A stretch of 54,876 nucleotides of DNA from Stylophora pistillata (GCF_002571385.2 NW_019217849.1:41474-96349), one strand, 5' to 3'. Shown: positions 23,953 to 37,849, numbered from the stretch's first letter. The notes: a model not told the origin generated them from the sequence alone. Made by a program: numbers and translations.

Positions 23953-26885
23953 ATGACAATCGAGAATTTATTATTTGTTCCTTTGAGAAATCGTCCTGAA
24001 TTTCTGGAGGAGACGGCGATTTTTTTGAATTCTTACTGGTCGAAAACTCTTGACGGCAGGTAAGCAATGAGTTTGACTTCTGTATTTGTGAAGGAAATAA
24101 AAACTGAAAATACCCACTGGCTAGGTCTAGGGATCCAAGATATACCGGTAGGGGGAGTTGGGGGATGAGTTTGTTTCATTTTCGCGCTTTAACCATGTCC
24201 ACTTGGTGTGAGTAGGGTGTAGGGTGTGAAAACCTTAACATGACCAGCGAANNNNNNNNNNNNNNNNNNNNNNNNNNNNNNNNNNNNNNNNNNNNNNNNN
24301 NNNNNNNNNNNNNNNNNNNNNNNNNNNNNNNNNNNNNNNNNNNNNNNNNNNNNNNNNNNNNNNNNNNNNNNNNNNNNNNNNNNNNNNNNNNNNNNNNNNN
24401 NNNNNNNNNNNNNNNNNNNNNNNNNNNNNNNNNNNNNNNNNNNNNNNNNNNNNNNNNNNNNNNNNNNNNNNNNNNNNNNNNNNNNNNNNNNNNNNNNNNN
24501 NNNNNNNNNNNNNNNNNNNNNNNNNNNNNNNNNNNNNNNNNNNNNNNNNNNNNNNNNNNNNNNNNNNNNNNNNNNNNNNNNNNNNNNNNNNNNNNNNNNN
24601 NNNNNNNNNNNNNNNNNNNNNNNNNNNNNNNNNNNNNNNNNNNNNNNNNNNNNNNNNNNNNNNNNNNNNNNNNNNNNNNNNNNNNNNNNNNNNNNNNNNN
24701 NNNNNNNNNNNNNNNNNNNNNNNNNNNNNNNNNNNNNNNNNNNNNNNNNNNNNNNNNNNNNNNNNNNNNNNNNNNNNNNNNNNNNNNNNNNNNNNNNNNN
24801 NNNNNNNNNNNNNNNNNNNNNNNNNNNNNNNNNNNNNNNNNNNNNNNNNNNNNNNNNNNNNNNNNNNNNNNNNNNNNNNNNNNNNNNNNNNNNNNNNNNN
24901 NNNNNNNNNNNNNNNNNNNNNNNNNNNNNNNNNNNNNNNNNNNNNNNNNGTATGGTTAAGGTGATTTTAATTGTCCAGTTTTAAAATATTTCTTTCTCTC
25001 TCTAAGACTTCACTATTTAGCAGAGGGTCAAGATGACCTTCCATGTTCACTCATTCTCTTACTAAAAGATGACAAAGCACAAACAAGAGTCATTGGCCAC
25101 ACTAGACTCAACAAGGTTCTGGGAAAACCAAAGGCATCATTTTTGACTTGTGGTAAGATAAAGTTTTAAAAAATTATATCCTTGATTTTCTTATGCAGTG
25201 AGAGCCCAATCGATAAAGAGGATCTTTCTATTCGGAAGGGATATGTCTATATTATCTTGATTTATCAGTGCTTATAGAAAAGGCCCACCGAGGATGTGGA
25301 CTTGGCAAAAAGCTCATGCAGCTTACAGAAACCTATGCATCTCAGTAAGTTAACAAGTTTTTTTTTTATGAATATCACTAGTTACTCTAAATTTATGTAC
25401 AATAAAAAATTGATTCTTTATTTGTACTTGCATGAATTCATACTTGCTCAAAGCAAAAAAGTTACAAAATTGAAAGAAATTATTAGAAATAAAATTGGAG
25501 TACTAGCAGCCTGGAATAACCATAGGGGCCAGCGGAGCCAGGCCCCTATTATGGTTATCGTAATCTCCCTATTCTCCTCTTCTGGTTTTTATGTGTGAAT
25601 GGGGTAGTCTAATTATCTTTGTTTCTCCTGGAAAACCAGAATTCATTGACTTTGGAAGAAGCCAGTTTAACACCTTGTATTATTACCTTGATGGAAATGT
25701 CAGCAAAGGTTTAGATACATGCAAGTTAAGTTCTTGCATTGATTAGTAAAAATTTCTGTCATGTGAAGTTGAAATGGACTTTTTGTTAGAAATTTTGAAA
25801 TGATAATTACATGATTGTGGTTGCAAATGATAGTGAGTTGGTTGCATGTGATTTAGTCAGAGAATGTATGTTTCCTTCTTCACATTCTTTGTTAGACTTC
25901 TATATCTCCACTCCAATTTCAGGCTAGGATTGACAACAATTTACCTCTCAACATTTGACAAGTACGAGTTTTATAAACATCTTGGCTACCATGATTGTAC
26001 TCAAGTTACTCCAATTAAAGCAAGTTCAACCCTGTTTACGAACTCCCAGGTAATGGACTATGAACTAAATTGGGAAGAATTAGAATTTAAGGTTTTCTGG
26101 ATATGATAATAGGGACTTTAAGCAAACCACGACGGCTACGGCAACGAGAACATGGAAAAACAATAGATCTAATTGGCAGAACAATAGCCCAGCACGTGCA
26201 TTTTAAAACTTTGTACATTTCTTAGCCGTCCTTTGCAAAACAACAACGTGAAATCACCAAAATTTGCGTCGTCTGCGANNNNNNNNNNNNNNNNNNNNNN
26301 NNNNNNNNNNNNNNNNNNNNNNNNNNNNNNNNNNNNNNNNNNNNNNNNNNNNNNNNNNNNNNNNNNNNNNNNNNNNNNNNNNNNNNNNNNNNNNNNNNNN
26401 NNNNNNNNNNNNNNNNNNNNNNNNNNNNNNNNNNNNNNNNNNNNNNNNNNNNNNNNNNNNNNNNNNNNNNNNNNNNNNNNNNNNNNNNNNNNNNNNNNNN
26501 NNNNNNNNNNNNNNNNNNNNNNNNNNNNNNNNNNNNNNNNNNNNNNNNNNNNNNNNNNNNNNNNNNNNNNNNNNNNNNNNNNNNNNNNNNNNNNNNNNNN
26601 NNNNNNNNNNNNNNNNNNNNNNNNNNNNNNNNNNNNNNNNNNNNNNNNNNNNNNNNNNNNNNNNNNNNNNNNNNNNNNNNNNNNNNNNNNNNNNNNNNNN
26701 NNNNNNNNNNNNNNNNNNNNNNNNNNNNNNNNNNNNNNNNNNNNNNNNNNNNNNNNNNNNNNNNNNNNNNNNNNNNNNNNNNNNNNNNNNNNNNNNNNNN
26801 NNNNNNNNNNNNNNNNNNNNNNNNNNNNNNNNNNNGATCGATTCTTGCAAAACCAACTTGGATGATGAAAGAACTAATTTCATAA
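23953..26885 (+). CDS. NAA80: N-alpha-acetyltransferase 80 (actin NatH, GNAT fold); exons 23953-24059, 25007-25152, 25269-25344, 25923-26049, and a last exon starting in the N gap and ending at 26885
   Basis: Spliced translation VPLRNRPEFLEETAIFLNSYW...RLHYL...DDLPCSLILL...VIGHTRLNKV...HRGCGLGKKLM...IYLSTFDKYEFYKHLGY...PTWMMKELIS* is collinear with NAA80 (acetyl-CoA motif RGxGxG, C-terminal WMxK). The ORF track misses this gene. Confidence 0.85.
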
Positions 26886-27671
26886 TTACTAGTGAAATTA
26901 TCTGTCAAAAGCTATAAATATCACTATTGCATTCCTACTAAGTTGATTTAATTAAACTGCTCGGCTTTTTAACCAAGTGTCATTTCTCTTTTTACTCTGA
27001 AAACGATTTTTTTCTTCAATCCGTAACCCGTATGACAGCCCATTTTCTTTGGACATTTTTCTTTTTCCTGCGGGATTTTTCATCAATCACAAACACGTTG
27101 GACACAAAATTAGGGTAAGCATATAGGAACATTCAACCTCTTCCTCAATGCCAATGGTCGATATTTATAGATAAAACAATACTTGGCACTATTTTCTCTT
27201 TTCCTAAGATTGTTGGGAAGGGAAGTGAGATTGACAGAACGGCTAGCGTATGCGCAATTTATGTCTATATAATAACTGTGTGGAAGGATCAGAAGTAGCT
27301 GACAAAACATTACTAGTTGTTGTCTATGGGTTACTTGAGTAATTTCAGGGAGAAAAATCCTTGAAAATATGTTAGTATCCGCACATTTAAGGTGCGTGAT
27401 CTTTGGCTTCAAGCACACCGGAAGAGATGTGTAGGTGTTTAATATGACACGCACGATCGAAACACTTATTTTTGGAAGTACTCTTTGAAAGTTTGACTGA
27501 AAACTCTCAGAGATTTTTTAATTATCCAGATTAAAAATGGATGCAATGGTAATTTTATAAACATTATAGTTTCCTTTCATGGTTGTCCTCTATTTTAAAA
27601 TGTGATTTAAATGAATGAAAAAAACTCCCTGTAAATTACCCAATTTAGTAAACTTGCACGTACAAGAGAAA

Positions 27672-27765
27672 CTGCCAATGACGTAATCCCTTGACGTCAT
27701 CGTTACATCAATAAATTGCATCTTGATTGGTTTGTCCTTGAGTTTTCTCTGAAGATGATTGGTTT
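27672..27765 (+). promoter_or_regulatory. CRE/CCAAT promoter cluster upstream of the SERTA-like gene
   Basis: CCAAT at 27675, TGACGTAA at 27679-27686, perfect palindromic CRE TGACGTCA at 27692-27699, and inverted CCAAT (ATTGG) at ~27726 and ~27758. Confidence 0.6.
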
Positions 27766-28331
27766 AAGACTTGATTAAAACCTGTTTTTCCAGTTTGACT
27801 GGCTAGGTGTTTCTCTACGTAACCGAAACGTTTGTAGAGTTGGTTAGTGTTTGGGGCCTCGTCGGTCGATAAGGAGAGTAAGTGTGGTGGTCGTTCGTAC
27901 TTTTGCTCTTACATTGATTATTACTTTACCTTAACCTTACCAAGCCTAAAGATTTACCTGATTATTTCTTCGCGAGAAAGTTTTCAACCAGAGAGACGTC
28001 TTTGTAGTCGATTTCTCGGGTTGTAGTCAAGAGCGTCGATTATCAACGAGTTCTTGTTCAAGCATTCACTAACTTTGTGTCGCTGCTAGAATTTGTTACC
28101 TTCGAAGATTCCGTCTCATTCACGTAAATTCGGATTGAGAGGGACAACTTTTTGTATCGGGAAGGTCTTAAGGAAGAAAGGAAGTGAATATCAAGAAGTA
28201 TAAGACAGAAGAAACGAGTAGATCAGTTCGAAAGACGGTTGAATTGGCCGCAATCTTTTCAGCGTTGTTCCGTTACCTTCTTGGGAGAGTCAGAAACTAA
28301 ACATTTTTACTGTTTTCCTTGCGGGCATAGC

Positions 28332-28715
28332 ATGCACAGCCGTCCTATTGTCAAGACTAAACGTAACAAACACTCCGTGTACTCAGACAGAGAATTATGG
28401 TCACTGTTAACGACATCTTTGGAGAAAAAGAAAGCAAACAAAAGGAAACGGGATCCAGACATGTTACGAAACGCCGTGTTGGAGTTGACTGTACAAAAAC
28501 TAAACGAAGAAATCACGGAAAGATGTATGAAAAAAGTAAAACGTCGAAAACTGGAGGATTCTTACGAATGGCAAGAATCTCCACACGGACTTGGATGGAA
28601 CATGACAGCATCTTACCAAGATGATGATGATCTTTTAGGTATCGACGACTTCTTTCAGAAATTAAGTACTAGCTGCAAAACTCGAAACAACACGTCTACC
28701 GTCTCTGAGACGTGA
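28332..28715 (+). CDS. Small intronless SERTA-domain-like nuclear protein, 127 aa
   Basis: First ATG of ORF 28239-28715. RELWSLLTTSLEK...DPDMLRNAVLELTVQKLNEEI resembles the SERTA pattern (l..SL.K....eP.Lr.sVL...l..i..E). It has NLS-like KKVKRRK and an acidic C-terminal LGIDDFF segment. Confidence 0.6.
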   Translation: MHSRPIVKTKRNKHSVYSDRELWSLLTTSLEKKKANKRKRDPDMLRNAVLELTVQKLNEEITERCMKKVKRRKLEDSYEWQESPHGLGWNMTASYQDDDDLLGIDDFFQKLSTSCKTRNNTSTVSET

Positions 28716-31700
28716 TATCTCGCTGTATGAAATGGCTGGGAAAGCCAGTGAAAGCCCATCAAAGGAAAGGAAATTTAGGAAATCTTGAGTGGTCGTTGTA
28801 ATTTCTAAAACTGTTGTGTTCTTAAAATTTTGGGTGATATGCAGGTTCCCCCTTGGTTAAAAAAAGGAAAACAAAATTTTTATATGTAAAGAGTATTTGC
28901 AAATTTTTTGTACATTTGATACGTGGTTAAAAAGAAACTTTTTTACTGTAAATATTTATTTCAAATTTGTAAAATAAATTTTTGAGAATACATAAGAGTT
29001 TGGGGTTTGAAAATTTGTTGCTTATTTGTTGATTGCTTTCACAGTCACAGGTTGAACTTGATGTTCCATCATAACATCTGTTGTCTAAAGTACATCTAAA
29101 GCTTCTGGGAGAAGGTATATTTAGAATTGTGGAATACTTAAGGTCAAAGTTCTAAGTTCATAGAGAGTGCTGTAGAATTAAAACTTAAAGTAAAATTAAT
29201 CAAAATTAGCTTAGTGCCAAAAAAGAAACCAGCTGTAATCTTGTGCCTAAGTTTGATTTGGGAAAGGCTCTGTTGAAGGTGGCAAATATTTTAAAAATAA
29301 TTGTGCCACAAATGAAGAGGACTAATTGTTTTAGATGAGTGATTTTAAATGTAGTCATTTCTCTTGAAGCCTTGTGCAACACTGATGGTCACATGCTGTT
29401 TCAAGTGAGGAAAAGGAGAAATCAGTGGTGTGTATGAAGACAGCTGAAGTCACTGGTAAATGCCATGCGTTTGCCTGTTTGTTCATTTGAATGTCTGTGG
29501 ATGGCCTCAGAAATGCCTTTTTGTCAAGCCTCAAACAGAGAAGCTGAAATAATTGTTTTTGTAAACTCTTTAGTTCAGCTGCTTACCTTCTGGAAATGCA
29601 TTGGAGGACAAGTAAAAATGGCAAACCTCAAGGCTTGTTCTTTAGTGATAATGTAATTTACATAGTTAGCTATAGATGCTAATATATGAAAGGCAATAGT
29701 GAGAAATGAGGATTAAACATCATCGAATTGGAGGTGGAAGTAATGATGCCTAGCCCATGCAACCAAAAATAGCTTTTACTTACATTAATTTGACACTGCT
29801 GCATACAAGTTCTTTTTGTAATATTTTAACTGTAGTTATGTTAGGGTTTGCGACAGTTGTTCCTTTCATTTGATCTTAAGTGGTGCCAAGAAACTGGCAA
29901 GCAAGTCCAATTGAAGCTACCAGACCTTGCAAAGGGGAAAAAGCAAGAATGTTAAGTACAGCTGTAGAGATCATAACATCATAAACTTTTAGTCATGGTT
30001 AAAGGAAGCATTGACAGGTCTCCTTCCTCCTTATGCATGGTGTAACTATGTTAGTCTTGGAAATGGGCTATGGAACTTGTGTAGATGTTATACGATTCAA
30101 CACCTAAAGAGTACTTTTGAACTTGTGGAGTGGAAGCTCGGAGCCAGGAATAAGTAATTATCATGTTGCCCTCTGAATGAGTATACAGACACCACACTTT
30201 CTTGTTTCATCACTATGAAGCCTGTTGAATCTGAGATCAGTGTGTGCGTTTAGGTGGATATCGTGTTGCAAAGTGTTTTGCAGGCATTTCAATTATCCAC
30301 AGTTCAGGAACTGGAATCAGAACATCAGGTATTTCTTTTATTCAATCGTCTTTCATGCGATTCCGTTCATTTGATATTCACATCAGAACAACACAAGCGT
30401 GCATTTTTGTAATTATAGTAGTGTGTTAGGAAGGGTGGTTTGTTTGTTTTCCTATTATTATGCAGTCAAAGTAGACTTGGCAATCCAAGCCTGAGAGAAT
30501 GATCCCAGAGGGTCATCAGGAATTGGTAAACAACTGGCATTTTGATGGAAGCTGGATTCAAGCAATGTAAGCTGACATGAATGAATTAATCACACTTCAT
30601 GCTTAAGATTAGTATGAGCAATGTACCTGGTTTGCAACTTCAGCAGCAAAACATCTATCATGGACAGATTAAGCATATCCCTGGGGTTATGTATGGTGAT
30701 CAGTGATAATAAAGTTTACCAAGGATTGTATTGGTCATTCAACCTAAAACAAAAATTGAACATCACTTCATTTCTTCGTGGTTCTTGGCTTCTTGTCATT
30801 TATATTGTTATTCTCCTCATCACTTCCTTCTAAGTCAGCTTTGCGTTGTATGAAAGCATCACCAGTGCATTTTAACAGAGAGAGAGGGACATTCAATTTC
30901 CATCCCAGACAACATAACTTGACTTTTTAATATAGGATGTCACACATGATGCATTAGACCTGTAATGTATGACCTGACTGCACACAAATTTGACCCAAAG
31001 AAAGATAAAGTAGCATCAGCAGAGAAAGTGAGGGCTAACCCATTAGTCTTTTCCCTGAAGATCTTAAAACCATCTCCCCTGTGGTTGGGACTTCATGATA
31101 TTAAATGCCAGCAGTACTCCAGCATTGGCTTTGCTAACAGCGTAGAAATTGCAACTCCCAATCAATGGTGATAGCAAGTGAGCAGTTTACCTAGTTTGAA
31201 TACTGACACCTGGAAAATTCTGTAGTAGAAGGTGGGATATTTGAATGGCCCAAAGTATGCATGCTTTGAAGCTTTTTCAGCTAGTGGGCAAGAAAGCGGC
31301 GCTGGAATAGTGATGTAGAATCATTACCTATGGAGTAAGAAAATTCATTGTTAGCAGTTCTTGTGATGCTCTTGGCTTGATACATATGGCAAAGGTAACT
31401 AAATTTATAATCAAATGAACTACCTTGAGCATGGTAAGCAAATATTTGAAGATTGGTCGTGCAACTTGTGCCCTCCAAGTAAGCGAGCAACTAGCTATGC
31501 AGGAGAGTGACTTATAAGAATTCCACAAGAGCAGTTTTCAGCCCTCCCCTATCTACAAAGTGAGGTCAATGGGGACTTGTTCATTGTTTCGATTGGTATT
31601 GGACTGGCAAATAATAGGTTACACTAGTACTCTTTTAAATGGGGTTAAACCGATTTTGATGTCGGGCATGGCTTTGTCTTGGTTAGGACATGTTCAAGTT

Positions 31701-34700
31701 TCTGTAATAGCAGCCACCATGATCTTTGCAGTCACCTCAGATTCATCCTTTCATGATAAAAGGACTTAAATGAGAGAACAGAGATCCAGAAAATCACTTA
31801 AAAGACCATTTCCACCCAGCTAGAATTTCTCTTCATTCACTTAGAAAGTCGTCATTGCACCAGGCAAGATCGCGAGAGTGCAGTGTGTTTATAGCTCCCT
31901 CGTCAGAGTCAAGTGTAAGCAGATGGACTAAGGAGCAGTTGGCTATCCTTCAATTATCCTTAAATTAGGTTGTTGAGCCCTACAAAAAATTAATGAAGAA
32001 CTGATCACTCATGAAGCAACATTGGTAAATGCATCCATCTCGGGAACCCCACTCTGCCAAAAGTCAGTTTCCTTACCAATGAGAATACAGCAACAGGTAT
32101 AAATTTCAAACCATCCCCCGATTCTTTGCCTGCCAGGCAAATGGTATGGTAGTAGTTGGCTATTTTCTTCACTCCTTAGAAATGATCACCACCAAGGTTA
32201 TCAACATGTACAGTGAGTCACAAGTTAGAGCTAGAGGATATTGGTTTCCAAATGTGTGTAGTTTTGTCAACAGAATTAGCTTCCAATTCAAGAAATTTGG
32301 CAAAAGTTGTCTTATCCCTATTTGACCAAAGGAAATCATAATGGCCTTTCACCTGTGGGCGGCTCTTCCCCAGAATATTTTGATAGGATGTGCTAGCTGG
32401 CAGCAGCTACTTTCCTCAGTCCATGGCTCTAACTGCGCTATTAAATGGCTACTTAAGAAAGCAACCTGCAATTTAAAGAGAGGTGAAGCAGCAAGTAACC
32501 TGTGGAAAATAAGGGATGAAATTTATTGGGAAGTCAGATTGGTTGGAACAAGACTAATCTTCAAAAGTAATCTACCAGAGCAAATAGATTCAAAGAAATA
32601 AGAACTTTCTCATCAAATTGATGGCCTGAGCGACTTAGGAGGTAATATCATTTATGAATGCATTTTCCTGTTCTTGCTTGCTTGTTTCTGTTTTGTCTTT
32701 GTTTCTGAGAAACAGTGGTGATGACAGGCTTGACTATTAAATTGAAAGTTAGCAAACCTATTAGGGGACACCTCAGCATCACTAAAACTGCCAAAGAGTA
32801 AATTTGTTTGATCCATTGGTGCCAGTGATGACAACACAACTGTGGCACAGAAATCCAAAAGTACTAAGCCCTTCCCAAAAGTTGCCTGAAGTTTTTCCTG
32901 TTTCTTTGGGTACCTGGCACTGCGAGTCCATGCAGTTCGATGGGAGTTAGAGAGGATTAATCATTCTGTACCTGTAAAGATGAACAATCAAAGAATAGCC
33001 TGTTGGCAAATTGGGTGACCTGTTCAGTCTAGCAAGTAGTTTTTGCATCAATTTTTAAGTTTCTTTTCCTTGTGTGATAAGCAAATGCATGTATGCCCTG
33101 AGATAGTTTTTTTTCAGGAAGGCAAATGCTTCTAATTCTGAGCTAGGTCGTAGCACCAAAGTGACATTCATTAAAGTTCTTGGAAGAGTGATAGTAATCA
33201 AGAGGAGTTACCTCTGCACAGCAGGAAGAACCATTCATGCAAAATTACGAAATCCCTATTTAGCGTTGCCCTATGACATGCCATCCAAAGTTTTCAGACA
33301 GTGGAAGTTGTAGGATGAAACAAGCTCATTCTTTGGATTATCTCAATACTAAGGAAAAAGCATATGTGGGTATTATTTACATTCTCAATTTTTGTCAAGG
33401 ATGCGTTCAAGATAGTCAATTTTTTTTAAAGCTATTGTGTTGCTTGCTTTTTTTTTTTCTTGTTTGTTCTGCATTCGGTTTCAGCAGTTTTATGGAGGTA
33501 GCTAAGCTATCTTCCTTGAGCAGTGGTTTATTTTTATGCCCTTGTGGAAGACTTAATTGCACTTGGCAACTTCTCAAGGCATCATTCCAGCTTTTTATGA
33601 AGTGTGGTAAAGTTCCAAGGTTTACTATCACCTTCAGATGTAAATTGGCAGGCAAACCCAACCAATTTGGACATTTCACCACTTGTGAGATATTCAGAAT
33701 AAGCTTACAGCATATCATTAGGACTGGTCTGTATGGGTCTGGCTTCAGATGAACTTAGCTGAGTGAATCCTGCGAAAAAGATAAGAGGTACCATGACTGC
33801 TTGGTTGAGAACTTGATCACTGATGGTAGTTTAAGGCAACCCGATTCAATCTTCCACTGAGTTACACAGAATAAACAGAAACACTTTGTACCTTTCAATT
33901 GACATGAGCAGCCCAAATTGTGTGGTAAGGAAATATTTCAAACAAGTATGCATGGACTTAGTTATATTTGGATCTTTGTCAAGTGTCTTTTCAGAATACA
34001 CTCTGTATAGTGGCAGTTTCTTGGAATAGCATTTCTCTCCAAATTGAGCAAGACTTCATAGCATCCAGCAGCTTTCCCTGCCCCTTTAGAAACCTTTAAA
34101 AAATGTGCCGAGTGTTAAAGAACACCCCTTACCAAGATGCATTCCAAAAGCACTAGTGTCAAATAAGAGTTTGGTGCAGTTTCAAAGGTGCAAGCGTGGA
34201 GGTATTAAACGTCCTTCAACTTAAGATGCCAAGTTTTCAGCCTCACCACATGGCTTACAACTTGCATTATTGGTGGACTCGTTACTAAATCGATAGAACA
34301 AGGACAACTTTCAGAGAAATCCATGAGTCAGAAAGGCATGTCTTTTCAGGATCCAATGTAAACACATGCTGTGATTCTTCCCAAGTGAGTTTTGTTTTAA
34401 TGGCTAGCTTGTCAGGTTTTTTGTAGTTTTTGTACATGATTTGAACTTTAAGTAAGGTTGTTAGGAAGATGTGTTTAGTGCTATCACCAGCAGATTTTCA
34501 GGACTGTTTGTGTTCCCAATGCGAGTCCAGAGTGGAAATGGCAGGCAATCACTGAGTGACCTTGCAGAATTTGACAATCACCATAAAGGCAATTTCAGTG
34601 GTTCACCAAGATGACCTTAAAAAAAGAAGCAAATAGATTGTTAGAAGTTGCAACTTCGTCCCAAATGCTAGGTCAAGTTAACCAATTGGAAAACCTTTGT

Positions 34701-36639
34701 TCTTTTGGTCCCAAAAACAGCGAGACTACTTGTGTAATGTTGCTGATAACGATGGTGCAGATAATCTGGTAAGGGAAATCTTCCTGTTCAACCATATGTG
34801 AGCATGTATTTTCTGTGAATTTTTTCTTCTCTGAAGAGTCTTTTTTTTCAGTGGTGAATCGATGGTGAACCCAGTTATTTCACCAGCAGCTATTTCTTGG
34901 ACTAGCATTCTACTACACTCCGAGTGATATTATGTAGCAGCCATAGCTTTCTGCCTGTTTTAAAAAGTATCCAAGTTCCTTTGTGCCAAAGTAGCATCAT
35001 CGTGGTAATATCCAGTCCAGTTTAGTGATAAAAGTAGCCTCCTAGATCCTTTCAAGACTTTACCCGACCTGTGTGAGTGGGGGGGCCAAGTGCTGTGTCA
35101 TTCAAGTGTAGCTGTATGTGCAGTGTCTTGGAGAGCTATGCCCCTCTTGTGTATCTGTGTGCCTGCACATCACCTCTAGCAGTTTAAAGATAGCATGAAA
35201 ACAGTCATGGACAGCATCTCTCCAAATTGATCAAAGACTTTCTTGTCATTCTTGGAAAACAACCAGTATTTTGGACCTATGTTCTGATCCATTCCTAAAA
35301 TATGACTTCCTCTGTGCATGTTGTGTAGTCCAATGTATTGTGCTACCTGCCTTTGCTTGGTTAAAGTGTGTATTGCTTCAAGAAAGAGTGTCTGTTCAAC
35401 TAACACCAGTCCATTCTCAGACAAACTGTTAAGATGAACATTTTTAAAAATCTGGTGATTTTTCACACCATCAAAATCTGTGATTGTCTGATTCACATGG
35501 GCAGTCCCAAGTCCTCATCACTAAGTCTCGAAGTACGCTGGTTGTGGTTTAGTCAGGGAGGTGCAATTCATATTTGAATCCTCTCTTGGTGGGTAAAGAT
35601 TCTCTCAGAGGGTTTAAGTAAAGGTTAGTTTGAGCCCTTTTTGGTTCATGTGTTGTCCCAGTAACTAGATATTTTGTATTTTTTAATTATGTAACTTATG
35701 GAGAAAGAAATACTTGGGCTTAACTGTCTCTCTCAAAAATTGTTTCTAAGGTATTTTGATCAAGTGACTTTGTTGATGAGATTGAAATGAAGTTTAAGCT
35801 TAGATGTGTCATCAAAACCAGTGCATACTTTGTAAGACCTTACAGATATTGAGCTTCACCAAGTAACAGCTTTTTGGCTTTGGCAAGTATTTGTTATGGA
35901 AAGTTGCCTTTCTTAGTTGTTGTTGTGAAAACTCTGCTTTGTTGTTGTGAAAACTCTGCTTTGTATGCCTGAACTATTAGTAATACTGGGTAAAACAATT
36001 TTGATTAGTTACCATTGTACATATTTGACTTTAATTTACTTTCAGTGTAGATTTTGTGCAATCGATTGTTGCACATCTTAGATAAAGGTTTTAATGTTGA
36101 AGTACTATCCATTTAGAATTACTTGCCTTAAAAATGCATTTTTGGCTATTGCCAACAAATACTCTTATCTGTAAAATGAGAACTGTGTTGAGCATTGTCT
36201 GCATTTGGGGGGATGCATTTGTTCTCTTTTCATTGTAACCAGGCAAATGTAACATTTTTTTCGGATGGAATGTCAAGTGTGAAAAAGGCAAGCTTAACTT
36301 TGTGATGTTTTGTTTCAGTGTACAGGCAATTTTTTCTAATGTAACATGTATGTTGCTAGTGGTAGTTTGTAAATAACTTATGCCAAGTAATTTTGTTTTG
36401 GTTTCCTATGACTGAAAGTCTTCATTAGATCGCAATACTTTTGTTATGTAATCTAGGATTTGTTTTGTGCAAACAGTGCATATTTTTGTCAACCTCTATA
36501 GTTATTAAGGTTGCTTATGCAGTAGATGAAGCTCGTCTTCACTCATTCGGTCTGCAAGCAGAAGTGTCCAGGGATATTTTCACCGGATTGCAGTCAAGGC
36601 TTAATCAAAATTTTCTGCTTTGAATTGCAAGTTGTCAAC

Positions 36640-37720
36640 ATGAAGCAATCATTTGGTTGATACAGGTATTGATTTGAACTGTTTCCTTTTGAATAGTTTG
36701 CCTTTGAGATGTTTTGCATACTCTGATCAATTCACAGTGATTTCTGTCTGGATCAACACTGTTAACCAGCTCAATTTTGCCTGAAAATATTTGGCCTTAA
36801 CTTGCTGTTTGGTATAGGTCAGTTCAGTATTTTATTTGGCTCAAAATTGTTATGCAGAAATCTGTGCATATATCCTCTCCACACAGCATTGTGATCTTAT
36901 TAGAAATAGTTGGCCTTCAAATGCATTCTCTTCATTGAGTTGATACAGGTATTGATATGACCATTTTGCATCTGGTTTTATTTTCTTTGAGATGCATTGC
37001 ATACTCTGATCACTTCACAGTGATTACTGTTTGAATGTACAAGAACTCAACTAAATTTTGAAGTTTCATGGCCTTGCCTTGATGGATTGTGTGGGTCAGT
37101 GATTTGAGCGCAAAGTCGTCATCCAGAATCAATCCATTTAACCTCCAAGCAGTTTTGTAATTTCACTGGATGTAGTCATCCTTCAAGTAGAGCCTCTCCA
37201 TTTGGTTTAGACAGGTATATGATTTACCTTTTGCTACCTGAAGTGTTTTTTCCTTGAAAAGTATTGCATATTTTGATCTTTTTACAGTGTTTTCTGTTGA
37301 ATTTGCTACTCTTGACAGCTCAATGTGGTCTAAGATTTTAGGGCCTTATCTTTTTGGCTTGTGAATTGCTGATTTTAAATTGTTTGGTAGAAACCAGTGC
37401 ATCTATCCTCTATACAGCATCTTAATCTCGTGGGATGCATTTGGCCTTTAATTGCGATCTTGTCGATGTGTAGAATCAGGTATTCACTCATCCTTTTGCC
37501 TTCTGAATTGTTTTCTTTGAAATGTCTGGCATACTCTGATCAATTCACAACATTTTCTGCCTGAATGTGGAACTGTGAGCACCCCAACTTGGTCTCTAAA
37601 CTAATGGCCATGACATTTAAAGTTCATGTAGGTCAGTTTTACAGTTTGTCCAGTTTAAAACTGTTGTATAGAAGTCCGTGTATTCTATTTTACACAGCTT
37701 GATGTAACTTAAATGATCCT
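36640..37720 (-). repeat. Four degenerate tandem units of ~265-285 bp
   Basis: Anchor CAGGTAT recurs at ~36663, 36946, 37211 and 37477. Anchor GCATA(C/T)T(C/T)TGATC recurs at ~36717, 37000, 37267 and 37530. Confidence 0.8.
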
Positions 37721-37849
37721 AGTTGAAATTTATGAGCATTTTGGACAAAGATTTTTCCATTCCATCTGTAAGCTTTCAGAAGCTGATTACCAGTAAGTCT
37801 TGTGATTGTCAGAAAAAAAACTCTTAGCAAACTGGATCCTAGAAGCAGA

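Noticed and set aside
24240-26917. Long ORFs made of X residues (also 45994-46800)
   Set aside because: These are artefacts of N gaps.
33273-33752. 159-aa plus-strand ORF and other 60-110 aa ORFs within 29-41 kb
   Set aside because: They have no recognisable motifs and are best explained as antisense or off-frame shadows of the decayed minus-strand gene.
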